Positions 44,242 through 58,200 of a DNA stretch of 64,000 nucleotides are shown here, piece after piece. The first letter of the stretch is position 1; each line of letters begins with the position of its first letter. Location of the stretch: NCBI GenBank assembly GCA_964016885.1, contig OZ024741.1:33046001-33110000 (forward strand), read 5' to 3'. A program made the position numbers and the translations under genes. The DNA comes from Eledone cirrhosa (lineage: Eukaryota). The notes under the pieces are model-generated. The model saw nothing but the letters and a program-made list of their open reading frames with translations. It was not told the DNA's origin and did no database searches.

Positions 44242-44588
44242 TAAATTTCTTTATTAGCCACAAGGGCACAAAAGAATGGGACAAATACAAATGGGGGTTT
44301 ACATACAGGTATATGAAAATAAAACTATTAATACAATAACAAATAACAATTGAAATCCCCAATAGGGGGAGGCGTTACACAGGGGTTGTACACACTCCGA
44401 ATAAATGTGCAACCCTCATCTCCAGGAGCACCAAGAGTGAGTACTCCCTTCCTCTCTTCCTCTTTTTCCTCAACCTACAGGCTTATATAGAGAGAAGGCC
44501 CAACCACTCGGGCTATCTTTGCACATTCACCCACCTTTTATAAAATTTGATGGGGTACTGCACCCCTCTCTCCATCCTGATTCTTCTT
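44242..44588 (-). mobile_element. Tx1-like LINE 3' fragment
   Basis: ORF2 end and 3' UTR homology; followed by (TATC)n. Confidence 0.8.
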
Positions 44589-45593
44589 CAACACTGACAA
44601 AGGAACGCTGTACTAGTTTCAAGCTTATTAGCTAACGTCAGCACCGTATACCTTCCTGCCAGATGATTGAACGTCTGAAAGTATATACTTTCCTCATGCA
44701 TATTAACGGCTGAGCAGCCTAATTTGTTTCATTTTTTCCATTTATCGTTTTCGTGGCGCCCGGCCGATTAACTCACTCGATATGCAAATTAGGCTGCTCA
44801 GCCGTTAATATGCATAAGGAAAGTATATACTTTCAGATGTTCAATCATGTGGCAGGAAGGTATACGGTGCTGACGATAGCTAATATGCTTGAAACTAGTA
44901 CATCGTTCCTTTGTCAGTGTTGAACAAAAGGGCAACGATGGTTGCTAAACACTGTACGGCTTAATTCGGGATGTTTGTTTACAAACAAACCGAGCATTAT
45001 AATAAATGTTCGGTAAATCCATACGTACATATATATATATGTGTACATGTATGTATATATATATACTATTGTACGTCTGTATACATATATGTATGTACGT
45101 ATACATACTTATATTTAAGTAACAGCCGTACTAAGAGTGAGAAATAAAATTTCGTTTCATTTTTTCCATTTTTCGTTTTCGGTGCGCCCGGCCGATTAAC
45201 TCACTCGATATGCAAATTAGGCTGCTCAGCCGTTAATATACATAAGGAAAGTATATACTTTCAGACGTTCAATCATCTGGCAGGAAGGTATACGGTGCTG
45301 ACGATAGCTAATAAGCTTGAAACTAGTACATCGTTCCTTTGTCAGTGTTGAACAAAAGGGTAACGATGGTTGCTAAACACTACGGCTTAATTCGGTATGT
45401 TTGTTTACAAACAAACCGAGCATTATAATAAATGTTCGGTAAATCCATACGTACATATATATATGTGTGTGCATGTATGTATCTATATACATACTACTGT
45501 ACGTATGTATACATATATGTATGTACGTATACATACTTATATTTAAGTAACAGACGTACTAAGAGTGAGAAATGAAATTTCGTTTCATTTTTT

Positions 45594-45597
<4 letters not shown>
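44588..45597 (+). mobile_element. Retrozyme-like element: two 428-bp tandem units plus an inverted partial unit, one HHR each
   Basis: ACGGTG-CTGACGA-TAGC..GCTT-GAAACTAGTA-CATCGT at 44864-44906 and 45292-45334; inverted copy at 44588-44726. Confidence 0.85.
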
Positions 45598-45674
<77 letters not shown>

Positions 45675-45896
45675 AAAGGCTAATAGGATTTTCTCTGAGA
45701 ATTACAGCAAAATATTTTTTTAAAGTAATTAAAAGTAATTTATTGTACAGGTTTCAGCCGATAATTGTTTCGGCTTCCTCCTGCTACATGAAAGAGGATA
45801 AAAAGTATATATTAAAACTAAGGTGTTAATTAATTAGAAGAGGGTATTAGAGAACATAGTTTACATATATAAAAAAGTTCACATTTTCGTTTATCT

Positions 45897-45993
<97 letters not shown>

Positions 45994-46082
45994 TTGATGG
46001 CGGCTGAAATAGAAGTTGGGTCTTTCTCTGTTACTGTCTGACTGGCTGGTGACTAAAATTGCAGCAGTAGTGGAAGAAGAAG

Positions 46083-46113
<31 letters not shown>

Positions 46114-46249
46114 GGTAGTAATAATAGGTGTATAGTAAAGGAGGAAGGAACAGACGAAGGAGGAGGAGAAGCGGAAGCAAAAGACGACGGGCAAGTGTGG
46201 TAGTAATATTGTTATTGTTATTATTATTATTATTATCATTAGTAGTGGT

Positions 46250-46422
46250 GGTGGATTGGCAGTATCGGTAGAGGGTCGGACGCCATGCTTTCCAGCATAG
46301 TTACGTCCCTTTACGATCTGAGTTCAAATCCCGCCGAGGTTGACTTTGCCTTTCTTCCTTACGGGGTCGATAAAATAAAGTACCAGTAATGCATTGTGCC
46401 TAACGTAGAAACAATTATTATC
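46250..46422 (+). mobile_element. SINE (8036 family)
   Basis: Sequence identity by eye. Confidence 0.8.
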
Positions 46423-46424
46423 AT

Positions 46425-46472
<48 letters not shown>

Positions 46473-46559
46473 AACTGTCCATTGGACTGACATTAATGAT
46501 AGAGTGACCTAAAATTAACCCAAAGTAGTGATTGTTTCTATATCTTAGTATTTCTGTAG

Positions 46560-48800
46560 GAAATCCTCTCATTCTTAATTTGTCCTTCTGTGTTATAGTT
46601 GGGTGCTTACTGCAGGTTCGTATTTTGTGATAAAAGTATGATTCTTTGCTAATGCGTTGTCTTTAAATTTGTAGAGGGAAAACATTCCGAAGTTAGGTTG
46701 TTCATTAGAGGCGCAGGTGTCAATGTGTTCACTCAGTGCTATTTATCTGCCTTACCGTACTTTAATTTGGGATCTATGAGTGGTCTTACGCTGACGAAGA
46801 CTGTATACTGCTCTCGACATCCTGAGCAAGTTAATATATATATCATGTTTTCTGATGCACATGTGAAATTGTTTTCCACCGTAAAGCGTTGACTCTGTTT
46901 GAAGCGGAACTCCGATCCCTCTATCAGGTTGACGCATACGCCACTGTTGAGACTTCTGCATCTTTTACTGTTGGCTTCCTTGTTGTGGTCGACTGGACTT
47001 TGGTCTGTGTAAGGATGTTTTTCATTGACTTGGGTGGTATTTTGCTTTTTATGATGTTGGGCGTTTGAAGGATTTGGTTCATTCTATGATCCCTTTTTAG
47101 TAAAGGTATGTTCTGGAGGATGGTGTCGAAGGCCTCATCGTTTAGGGGGTTGTGTGTGGAGATATATGATAGGGCTTTCAGTTTCGATTCATTCTTTAGT
47201 TTGGGGTGTCTAAGTTCCTGATACTGAGTTTTAGGGAACGTTGGAATCCATTGTTAATTAGGGGAGGTCGGTAATTCCTGCTGAAGAGTGTATCCTTTAG
47301 TTATTGTAGTCGTATATAACAAGTGTTTCTATCAGATACTATTGTACAAATCCTGTTGACTAGGTTGTAAGGGGTATTCATTTTAGTCTGTCTGGGATGG
47401 CATGAGTTGAATGGGAGATATTGCTTGGAGTCTGTGGCCTTATAGCATATGTCTGTTTCTATTTAGTTGTTAGTTTTCTCCATAAGGATCTCGAGGAAAG
47501 GAAGTTGTCGATGGCTATATTCCATCGTAAATTAAATATTTGTGTTAATTCCATTTAGAAGTGCTTTAAATTCTTTAAGTCTCTCTATACTTTCATGCCA
47601 AAGGATGAAAGAATCATCCAGATATCACTTCCGGTTATTTTCTATGAGCAGGTAGAAGGAGTTTCCGTATTTTTCTGGTACTTTACGGTAGAGGGAGATT
47701 TCCAAGTACCCCATGACTAAGTTAGCATAAGAGGGGGCCGTTTTCGTGCCCATCGCAGTCCCAGATTTCTGTCTGTATAATTTGTCATTGAATACGAAGT
47801 AGCTATTCTCCAAGATACATTTCAGCCCTTCTAATACGAATTCTTTTTTAGTGTGGTGTGAGAGTTCATTGGAGTAATTTTCTAGCCAGAAATGGATTGC
47901 CTCTATTTCTAGGTTGTGGGGGATATTGGAATATTGGTTGACTACATGAAAAGAGACTAGTAGGATTTATTCATTATTAAGTGTTTTGTGGAGGTGGTTG
48001 AACATATCAAAGTCGTTCCTTAAGTAGCTTTTAATCTGTTTAAGGAATGGTTTTAATAGGGTATCCAAGAAGTTGCTGAGGTGGTGGGTTTCGTTGAGCC
48101 TGCTATTATAGGTCTTAATTAGAAGTCCTTAGGTGAAGGGACATTGATGAAGATTTCTGTGACTCCCTTGTATGCCTTACTTATTTTTTCGCTTTTGTGT
48201 ATCTTAGGAATACCTTAAAAAATACTAGATTTACTTTTGAAGTTAGTGTTAAAGTTATATTCCTTGTCGGTAAGTCCTTCTCTGTATAGGTTTATCAGAG
48301 TGTTTAGGTTTCTCCTTATTTTCTGCTGACTGTAGTGTTTGGCCTTTTCGTAGTATGCTTCGTCTTCTAAAATGGAGAGCACTAGAGTTGTATAATATTC
48401 TGTCTCCATTAGGATTACTGCACTCCCTTTATCCGCCTCTTTGAATGTTATAGTTTTATCGTCCTTTAATGTGTTCAACTTATCCCATTCTTTTTCGCCG
48501 AAATTTGGCCTGTGTTTTTGTTTGTGTAGGTGTTGATATTGGTAATTTGTGATGCGTTTGCAGAATTGATCGAAAATTTTATTCTTACCTTTTGATGGGG
48601 TGTAGTTACTTCTATTTCTAGCTAATGATTCGTCCTCATTATATTGGTCGTATAGTACCTCACTTAGTCGTAATTTTCTACAGAATTCTGCAATGTCTTC
48701 TTTCATTTCGTAGTAGTTTGGATATTGGGGAGTCGGTGTAAATTTGAGCCCTTTGGAGAGTATGTTGATTTGGTCTGATGTTGGTTCTTCAATAGTTACA
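46560..48800 (-). mobile_element. Penelope-like retroelement (Neptune-like), near-complete decayed ORF
   Basis: LSKGLKFTPTP, ADKGSAVILM, GTAMGTKTAPSYANL, YLDD, LPFNSCHP, RQPKSMKNIL, and TCSGCREQY of the GIY-YIG domain. Confidence 0.85.
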
Positions 48801-49530
48801 ATGATGACATATATTACTTTTGCTCTCTCCTATACGTCTTGTGGCATCTAGTTTCCCTGTGTCTATGTAGTGGGTCTAAAAAATGGTTAAGGGAGTTGGA
48901 TCGGTTGCTTAGTTGTCTCCTGTGGTTGTTGTTCCCTGTTGTTGTTATTTATGGTTCGGATTCGTGGTTGTGGATTGATTAGAGCGTCCATATATTTAAT
49001 GTATGGTTGTGTGTCCCTATATTTCATGTTCGTTGGTGATTATATCGTGTGTTATGGGTTTGTTGTGAATGGAAGTTGAGAGGATTGTAAGAAGGAAAAT
49101 GCATTTGATATCTTCTTATGGGAGGGAAGTTGTAATGTCCAAAATATTTTGCTGTTATTCTATGAGAAAATCCCTTTAGCGTTTTCTACTATTTTCCTTA
49201 TTTTCCTAATATATATATATCAACTCGAGTGTCACTTCTCAACGTTCTAAATATATATATATATATAAAATAATTAAGTCAAATATGTAAAATTTGGCTT
49301 CGTTTATTATAAATAATAGATATACTCTTATATATATTTCGGTGATAGCCATCATTGGCTGTGACCTCTTAAAGCAGTCCGAATTGGTGTAGGAAAGACA
49401 GGTACACATGTTGTTGAAGGGTGTTTTACTCTGTCAATACTCCGTCAATACATCGATACCTCACTTAGATATTCAATAATTTCGAAGTGACGATCCAGGT
49501 ATGTTATATATACAGATATGTGCATATACG

Positions 49531-49608
<78 letters not shown>

Positions 49609-49785
49609 ACACAAGTATCAAACTTTGATACTTGTGTATTCTATATTACTGCTCTGTAAAACAACTGATGTTCTTATATTGAGCTATTTCTCTTACTGGT
49701 AATAAGGTAGTAATAAATTACTGACCTTCCCTATTTATAGTTGTTTATAGTATAATATATACATACATAACTATAAATAGTATCT

Positions 49786-49850
<65 letters not shown>

Positions 49851-49852
<2 letters not shown>

Positions 49853-50679
49853 AATAAAGATTCAGCGAGAATCGCATTTTCGGCGGGCAGGAAAAGCGAA
49901 GCGAAACGCAAAAATCAGAAATGATACAGGCAAAGTGCTCAATAGTTAAAAACCAGAGCTAAACAATGTGTTAAGAAGCCATACAAAACTGAAAAGAAAT
50001 CATTAACCACCCAAGCCAAAAACCAAATCAAGCTAAACAGGTCAAAACAAAATAAATTATAAAAAATAAATGATAACCAGACCTGGACTCCCGGAATTGC
50101 TGTTAAAATCCGATGTAGAGTTTCTGTGACACCTAAATCAAAATACAGTCTGCTTAAAGATATAAGCTTAGGGTATAACGATCGAACAAGGAATATCACG
50201 TTATCAACAGGTCTTTCGCTCTGTACCAAATAAGTGAATGACACGGTGGTAAGTTAAACCACGTGTGGAAAACACAAGGGGAATAACCCCAGATTTTAGC
50301 AAAGTAATTCAGTTGGTGTAAATCATGCGGGAAATAGCATAAATAGCACACATCGAATAAGTTCTCAACCGGGTAGTTTAAAATAAACTTATACAATTAA
50401 CCTGTCAATAGAAATTATTAACAAGTTAATTGTAAGACACGGGAGATTAATACAAATAAAGATTCAGCGAGAATCGCATTTCGGCGGGCAGAAAAAGCGA
50501 AGCGAAATGCAAAAATCAGAAATGATACTGGCAAAGTGCTCAATAGTTAAAAACCAGAGCTAAACAATGTGTTAAGAAGCCATACAAAACTGAAAAGGTG
50601 GTCAAGAAAGCATTAACCACCAAAGCCAAAAACCAAATCAAGCTAAACAGGTCAAAACAAAATAAATGATAAAAAATAA

Positions 50680-50680
<1 letters not shown>
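49851..50680. repeat. ~601-bp unit in 1.4 tandem copies between (TA)n tracts
   Basis: CAAATAAAGATTCAGCGAGAATCGC at 49851 and ~50452. Confidence 0.8.
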
Positions 50681-50746
<66 letters not shown>

Positions 50747-50948
50747 GTGTTTGTGTGTATTTTTTCTCACTAGTCAGTTCTTTCGTTGCTACAGATCACG
50801 CAACTGAATTAGCGGTCGGTATTTTCAATTTGCAAAGCCCTTTAAACTGTATGTTATTACTCTGAGGTCTATACCTTGTCGAGTGCTTGGCTGCACTGCT
50901 GAAGGCATTCGTTGGCTTAGCTGCTACTCGAACATCAAATATGGTGCA

Positions 50949-50997
<49 letters not shown>

Positions 50998-51421
50998 ATT
51001 AAAACAGAAAACAAAAAAACAAAAATAAAGCGAAGAGTGCAGTACAAAGTGTTTGTATTAGGTTCACGCTATATATATACACACATTTATGTGTGTGTGT
51101 ATTTCGTTGTTTGTGTCTGCATATCTAATTATGAGGATTAATATTGGTCTCACGTTTAATCCCTTAAGACATTCAAATAATTCTCAGTATATTTTTTAAC
51201 ACTCAATGTAAAAACAATATGAGTTCTTAATATTATGACTTGATATTAAATAAATATTGTGAAATTTTAAACTTCCATTCCTGCCACGTGTCTGTTCTTT
51301 CTATATACTCAATGTCTAATTACATACACATTCAAGCAGTCACGATTACCACTATGCTTTATATATATATATATACAATGATATTAAATAAATGGAAACT
51401 ATATTTATAAAACCATATTTA

Positions 51422-51480
51422 TTTTATTAGATATATTTCAAGGGTACCAAAACACATTGGTACGCTTTCTTCAGATAAAA
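51422..51480 (-). ncRNA. Hammerhead ribozyme (family 3, covarying copy)
   Basis: TTTTAT-CTGAAGA-AAGCGTACCA..TGGTACCCTT-GAAA-TATATC-TA-ATAAAA. Confidence 0.75.
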
Positions 51481-51667
51481 TACAAAGTTTGTTTTATAAA
51501 TAGAGACATACCCAGGAAAATCATACCTTATCAGTTGGATATTCTCTGGATAGTGGAAATGTATTAGAGACTTTTCAAAATTATGGGTGAATATGAAAAT
51601 TAATATGTAAATAACTGAAAAACAACCGTTTATTTAAACGACTATAGAGAGAGAAGAAGGACAAAAT

Positions 51668-51737
<70 letters not shown>

Positions 51738-52221
51738 ATGAAAAAAGCGAAGATGAATAAAAAAAAAACTCATATAACGTTAATTTGAGGGAAATATATT
51801 CGAACAATTATCTATGTATATATGTAAGTATATATCTTAATATTATGTGTATTTATATTAAAGGGATATTTTACGATTATTAGTTGTTTAAATATTTTTT
51901 ATAATATAATATTTTCTTCTGTTATAAGTAGATAAATAAATAAATAAATAAATAAATAGATGGGTATCTCATGTTATAGATAGTTGTTCTAATGAGTTAT
52001 GAGGGTATTGGTTTTGTATTTTATGTAAATAAATATGTATTTAAAATTGAGAATGATTTAAAATTAAATTAAATTAACTGAGTTAAGTAAGAATATTTAT
52101 ATTTATATGATTGAAAAGGGAAGATAAGGAAAAAACTCCGGTTTTATTTATTTATCCGTTAGTGTAAGACTATTTAGTCAAAATAAGTATGAACTCATAA
52201 TGAACTCATAATCCTTTATTT

Positions 52222-52277
52222 ACTGCTATATATATTTCGATGATAGCCATTGAATGGCTATGACTTCATCAGGCAGT
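52222..52277 (-). ncRNA. Hammerhead ribozyme (family 2-like)
   Basis: ACTGC-CTGATGA-AGTCATAGCCAT..ATGGCTATCATC-GAAA-TATATA-TA-GCAGT; decayed relative at ~49322-49378. Confidence 0.8.
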
Positions 52278-52326
52278 TAGTCAGTTCTTAGATATGCCAG
52301 CTCTCTCTCTCTCCATATATATATAT

Positions 52327-52371
<45 letters not shown>

Positions 52372-52430
52372 GACCTCATCAGGTAGTTAGTCAGTTCTTA
52401 GATATGCCAGCTCTCTCTCTCTCTCCATAT

Positions 52431-52530
<100 letters not shown>

Positions 52531-53659
52531 CTCTTGATTTGGCCAGAGATGAATATTTCCAGATACCTTTTAAGTGTAACTTTCCGTATTTATTATTACT
52601 ATGAAATATTGATTGTTATTCTGGTATCATATCTCTGTTTTTAGCCTAAGAAAATACCTATATGCGTGTATAAATAATACATGCATATATATATTTTTTT
52701 TAAATCTAATTGAGTTCTTCACACGCAAGGTTGAAATTATTGAAAAAATTAATTGACTCGCGTGTATATTATTTTACTTTCTTATGTTTCGCGATGACCT
52801 CCTCTTTCCGCTTGATGACAGTGTGAAATTTCTCATTCTGATACTGCTGGAATTTCAAATTTGGCGGTCATTCTGATACGGAGAGGGACCATCGCTAACA
52901 TTAGATTGGATATCGGTAAGAAAGTTTTTTTTATATCGATGTTTGACGGGCATCGACTGATGATTTATAAGTGCCCACCTGCATATATTCCTACGGAATA
53001 TGTGCAGGCTTCTACATAACCTGGACACATTTTTCCCAACTTGTAGAAAACTTATAATGAAACAATTGTTTGGAAAGGGAGATATATTTTAATTATGTCT
53101 CATATAAAATAATACAACTGGCTATCCGCAAAATACATATAGTTAGCACCCCAAACGTAAAATTGGGATTATACTACGGTATATCCTAATGTTTGTTGAG
53201 TGAGATGGAAGCCAGTCAGAGTATAGCTTAAAGCTTTCTCTGTTAATGTATTATATATATATATATATATATATAGGTACGACGAGGCATCGTGAGATTG
53301 CATGTACGCGTATGTATATCCAGAATCCACAAATGGTGCACTATATAGTAAGTCTTGTTAAGTTGAAGCTTGGTTTGTCCTCCCAGATTTACAATCTTTG
53401 ATCATTATGTTGTCTACAAGATGATCCTTTGTTCCCATTGAGCTCCAATCAATTCATCCTTCTTTTCGTTTAAACATAATAATAGTTTGTTCATAGTTTG
53501 TTCATTTGCAGCGGATTTAGGGCAACGAGCGTGTCCATCTCGTTGTACAATGGGACACATGTTTGGCGCGATATCTTTAAAAATAGTTCAAGCCTTATTC
53601 GTGTTATTGTGAAATTGTTGATTACTTCCTACTTTCACTCATCGGTGGTTTTATTGAAA

Positions 53660-55116
53660 CACCATGTCTAAGAGTTTTGTCAACTAAGGTTAAATAGGAC
53701 AGAACTAGTATTGTTCGATGAGCCCATGTGGCAGATGCACGGCATGGCAACAAAACTACGATTCCGTCTCTGACGGACTGAGACGGGAGCATGTAGCTCA
53801 ATTTCAAGCAGTTGTGTGCAGCTTTTCGGCAGCATTCAGGACGCGCAGGGGTTCGGAAAGTAGTGGATTTCAGTTCGGGCGTAGTATCTCTGATGAATAG
53901 AGACGAGAACACGAGTGATGTCATCGATCATTTCCAGTCCATAAATCTGCTAAGCACGGAGTTTAAGATTTTGGCCAAAGTGCTAGCAACAATGATTTAG
54001 GTTTTGGTCGAGAGCCTGGTAGGGGAGGTGCAGACTACGCAATCCCGACACGGTTTATACATTACAACCTCCTCCTCATGCGATAAATCATAGAGTAAGT
54101 AGTAAACCTGGCTTTGGTAGGGCTCTGATAAACTTATATCAATTGAAAGCTTCGGTGCCGTCTTCAGAGGCTGGATCGCTGCAATGCACAGTGGCATCTG
54201 CTCGGTAGTCAAAGTCAACGACCATCTATTGTAACCGTTCCAGATCACGCGATAGGTCCGTCAAAGATGCCCTCTCTCTTCCCTTCTGCAGGTACTGACT
54301 CTCGAGAAATTACTGCAGAAGCATGAGCTGTTGCTGAGTATGCCGCCTCGGGCCGGGGCGTGGAAGGGCTACGTTGACATGTGCGGATGACCTCAAAGTT
54401 ATGATGTCGAACACCTCGGAAATCGAAATGGTCGGCAACTTCTTAGAGGAATATGAAAGGTTAACGGAAGCAAATATCAGCCCTGGAAATTCGGTTGGTT
54501 TGCAGCTCGGCACCTGGAGAGATCGATCCAGCGTCGTCAGACACTGGGCGGACAGACCGGTGAAGTTTCTCGGAATCTGGTTTAAGCCAGACCTCCAAAT
54601 GGATAAGAACTGGAACGATTTAACGGGCAGTGTGGCCGCTATCCCTTAAGGTTAGGTGGAGGTGGCGAACGCCCACTCTTTAATTTCTTGTGGAAGGAAC
54701 AGGATCCATTGGTGGGGCTGTATATCTGCTGTCAGTATCCTCTAGGTGATGGGTTGGGCATTCCAAAGCTGATGATGCGCAAACATGCGCTGAAGGTACA
54801 GCATCTCCAAATATTCCTAAACGGTGAACAGGAGTGGTTGCCGTTTGTGAGATAAGTCTTTCTGCAGCTCGTCTCTTTTACTGATCTGCAGTGGTAGGTC
54901 AAGTGAAGACCGAAACGGGGCGCCTAACATCTGGAGTGTTGCCAGGCCCAGTGCCCTCTATAAGTAAGGCAAAGCGGTTGGTGGAAATTTCACTTTAGAG
55001 TTCTATAGATGACAAGTGGAGAGGCTCTGAGCGTCGACGAAATCGAACTGCACAGTCTATTCTTGAGACCTTTCGAGTCGGGGATTATGGATAACTTCCA
55101 GGAATCCTTGGCTTCG
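53660..55116 (+). mobile_element. Old, heavily decayed Tx1-like ORF2 fragment
   Basis: INLLSTEFKILAKVLA, CADD, SVGLQLGTW peptides with many stops. Confidence 0.8.
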
Positions 55117-55244
55117 CAGAGGTCGATAAAATAAAGTACCAGTCACGCACTTGGGTCGATTTAATCGACATTCCTTTCTCCTTTAGATTACTGGCCTTGA
55201 GCCTAATGTAGAAACAATTATTATTATTATTATTATTATTATTT

Positions 55245-58200
55245 TTGGCGACCTACGTAGTAAATCGTATTATCGTGAGCTCCGCAAAGGTTTGTTATTT
55301 TCAGTTGTTTAAAATTGCCATTTATGGAAAATTTTTATTGTTAACTGTATATAAGTACACATACATTGTTTTCTGAAAAGGACACTCAAAAATATTGGGG
55401 CCTTGAGCCCAAAATTTAAACTTTTATAATTATCAAACAAAAATTTTTCTTTGAAAAAATCATGGACGACTCAGAGTCACACCTTCCTCACAAACTAACA
55501 CCTCACACCGACACCACCATTGTAAATATTACTACGTTTGCCAACACTAAAAATATAAGCAGTAGCAATATTTTTAATTTGTCTCATGTAGACATTCATT
55601 TCCCGCCATTACCAATGACTGCAGGTGTTGAAGCCGCCACCCCCACCACCACCACAGCGACAACAGAAACAAAAGAAAGAAAGAAATTATCTCGTGACAT
55701 CGAAATGGATTCACCCAAAATGAACTCTTCCTCACCGAACACTACTGACACCACCACCACCACAACTGAAACTAAAATAAAAAAAAAAAAATAACGATAA
55801 CAACAACAGCAACAACAACAATGAGAATAAGAAAACCACCCTGTCTTTTGCCAGAGTAGCAAAAAAGTGCGAAGCAATCCAGGTAACTCAGGAGGAATTA
55901 GAAGAAGCCAAAAGAATGGTAAAGAAAATAGAGCATCGGCGCCTATGCACCGTGTCTTATCGGAGGATTAACATAAAATCGCGCCGAGTGGAACGGGCAT
56001 CCGAGTCCCAAATCCAAAAAGCTTTGGGACATGTGTGGGCAAAAAAACCCACATCAGACGTGGGCAGAAATATGGAACCGTGGAAGTGTTCTTTGGAACA
56101 CCACAGGAGGCCAGAGAACACTCCATGGCCCCATTAAGAAGTGACGACTTCACACTCGTCCCAAGCTATTGTGGCCAGAGACTCGTGAAGATCAGGGTGA
56201 CCCACGTTCCACCGGCCATCGAAATTCCCTGGCTAATGGCTGCCGTCCTCGCCGGCATCGAGGCCAACACCAAGGTAATCGAAATAGCGAAAGAAAAGCA
56301 GGAGAACTGGTCCGGATCTGGGATGGAGCTCCTGATCCAAGCGGACCAAAAAATCATTGAGGAGATACCAGAGGTAATAGACCTCACTGACGGCAGCCAC
56401 CTCACCGTAATCGTCGAGGGCAGAAGGTCTAGGTGTGTCGTTTGTGGTGAAGGAACCCACCTAAGGGCTTTCTGCCCTCAGGCTAAAAGGTTGAGGCCAC
56501 CTCTCTTACCCACCCCAGTGACTCAACCATCAATACCACCAGCAGCAGAAATGGCAGCAACAACTGTAGCAGCAACAACAGAAGCAACTGTAACATCAAC
56601 AACCCCAGCAACAGTAGCAAAACCAACACCACCACCACCCAACGCGCCAGAACTAGCACCAGCGACTACACCATCCACCACGCCACAACCAAAACCAACG
56701 CCTGTGGAGGATTTTCCACTCCCCGACCTATCGCAACTGGAGACAGATTGTGACGACGAGGAGTGGGAAACGGTATCAGAAAAAAAGAAAAAAAGAAAAA
56801 GAAACCAAAAAAGAAAAAGTTCCCTTCCTCCCCCCTCCAAAAACAAAATACAGAGGGAAACATATAAACAATCGCACAAAAAATTTAGGACAGCTATGCC
56901 ACCATCCACACCAGCATCACCAACCCCATCACCACAAACACCAACACCATCACCATCATTAACCCCAACACCACAAAAGTCACCAAAAAGCGAAACAGAA
57001 ACAAACCTACAACAAACGCAAACAAAACAAAACAACCAAAACGATACACACTACACAGCAATAGATTTGAACAACAACCAATTATTACACTACATCCAAC
57101 ACAACACCAGCATCACAGAAAAAGACTACACAACAACCCAAAAGTTCACACCACCTTCATACATACAAATCACTCGCATCACACAGAAAACGTACACGAC
57201 ACTAAAACAAAAATTCCCCAAAGATATCGGAGACTTCCGACAAGCACTCTCCAGGAGGATTTATAAGGACATCCTTCCGAAGGAGGCCAGAAGCAGTGAA
57301 AAGGATTGAGAAACCATCCTTCCTCTACGAGAAGTAAAGTAAGTGGTCTTTCCCATCTTTTCCACTACATTTCAACATGATCTCACTCAGAATAGGCAGC
57401 ATAAAAGCACGAAGGCTGCGTTGTCAGAGCTAGGCTGCGTGCTCTCAGACACGAGGGGACGAAAGCCGTTCAATGGTCCAGAGTGGCGGAGGCGCGTCGT
57501 GGCAACAAAGCCACGATCCGGTCTTTGGTGGACCTCGACGTGCGCATGCTACTCGATTCCGGGCAAATGTGTGAAGCTTTTCAGTGACACTTCGCACAGC
57601 TGTTCGAGGGCAGCGGCGGGCCGGATCGAGGGATGGACTTTAGTGTTTACCTCGACGGACTGCCTCAGCTCTCGGCCACTGAGGCGGAGGGTTGCGAAAA
57701 GCCGATAACAGCCGCTGAAGTACGGGAGGCAATGACTGGCTGCACAAGGGGTGATTTGGATGGTCTGCCCTATGAACTTTACGTACAGATGCCAAACTTG
57801 TTCGGAGGCCTCTTGGCGGACATCTACTGCAACTGGCAACAGAACGGGAGAATTCCCAGCTCTGTGAGCCGAGGAGCTGTGGCGCTGCTGAGAAAGGATC
57901 CGAACAAGGGGGATAACATAGATAATTTCAGGCCCGTAACTCTGCTAAACACAGAGTTCAAGATTTTGGCCAAGGTGCTAGCAAAGAGGTTGGCGCTTGT
58001 CGTTGGTGGTCTGGTGGGAGAGGCGCAGACATGCGCCATTCCCGACAGATCCATCCACGACAAGCTCCACCTCATGCGATACATGGTAGAGAGGGTAGCT
58101 AGGGAACCTGGCACGCGTGGGTCCTTGATCAATTTAGATCAGTCGAAAGCTTTCGATTGGGTCGACCATCGTTACCTAGCGGCAGTCCTGAGGGCGGCTG

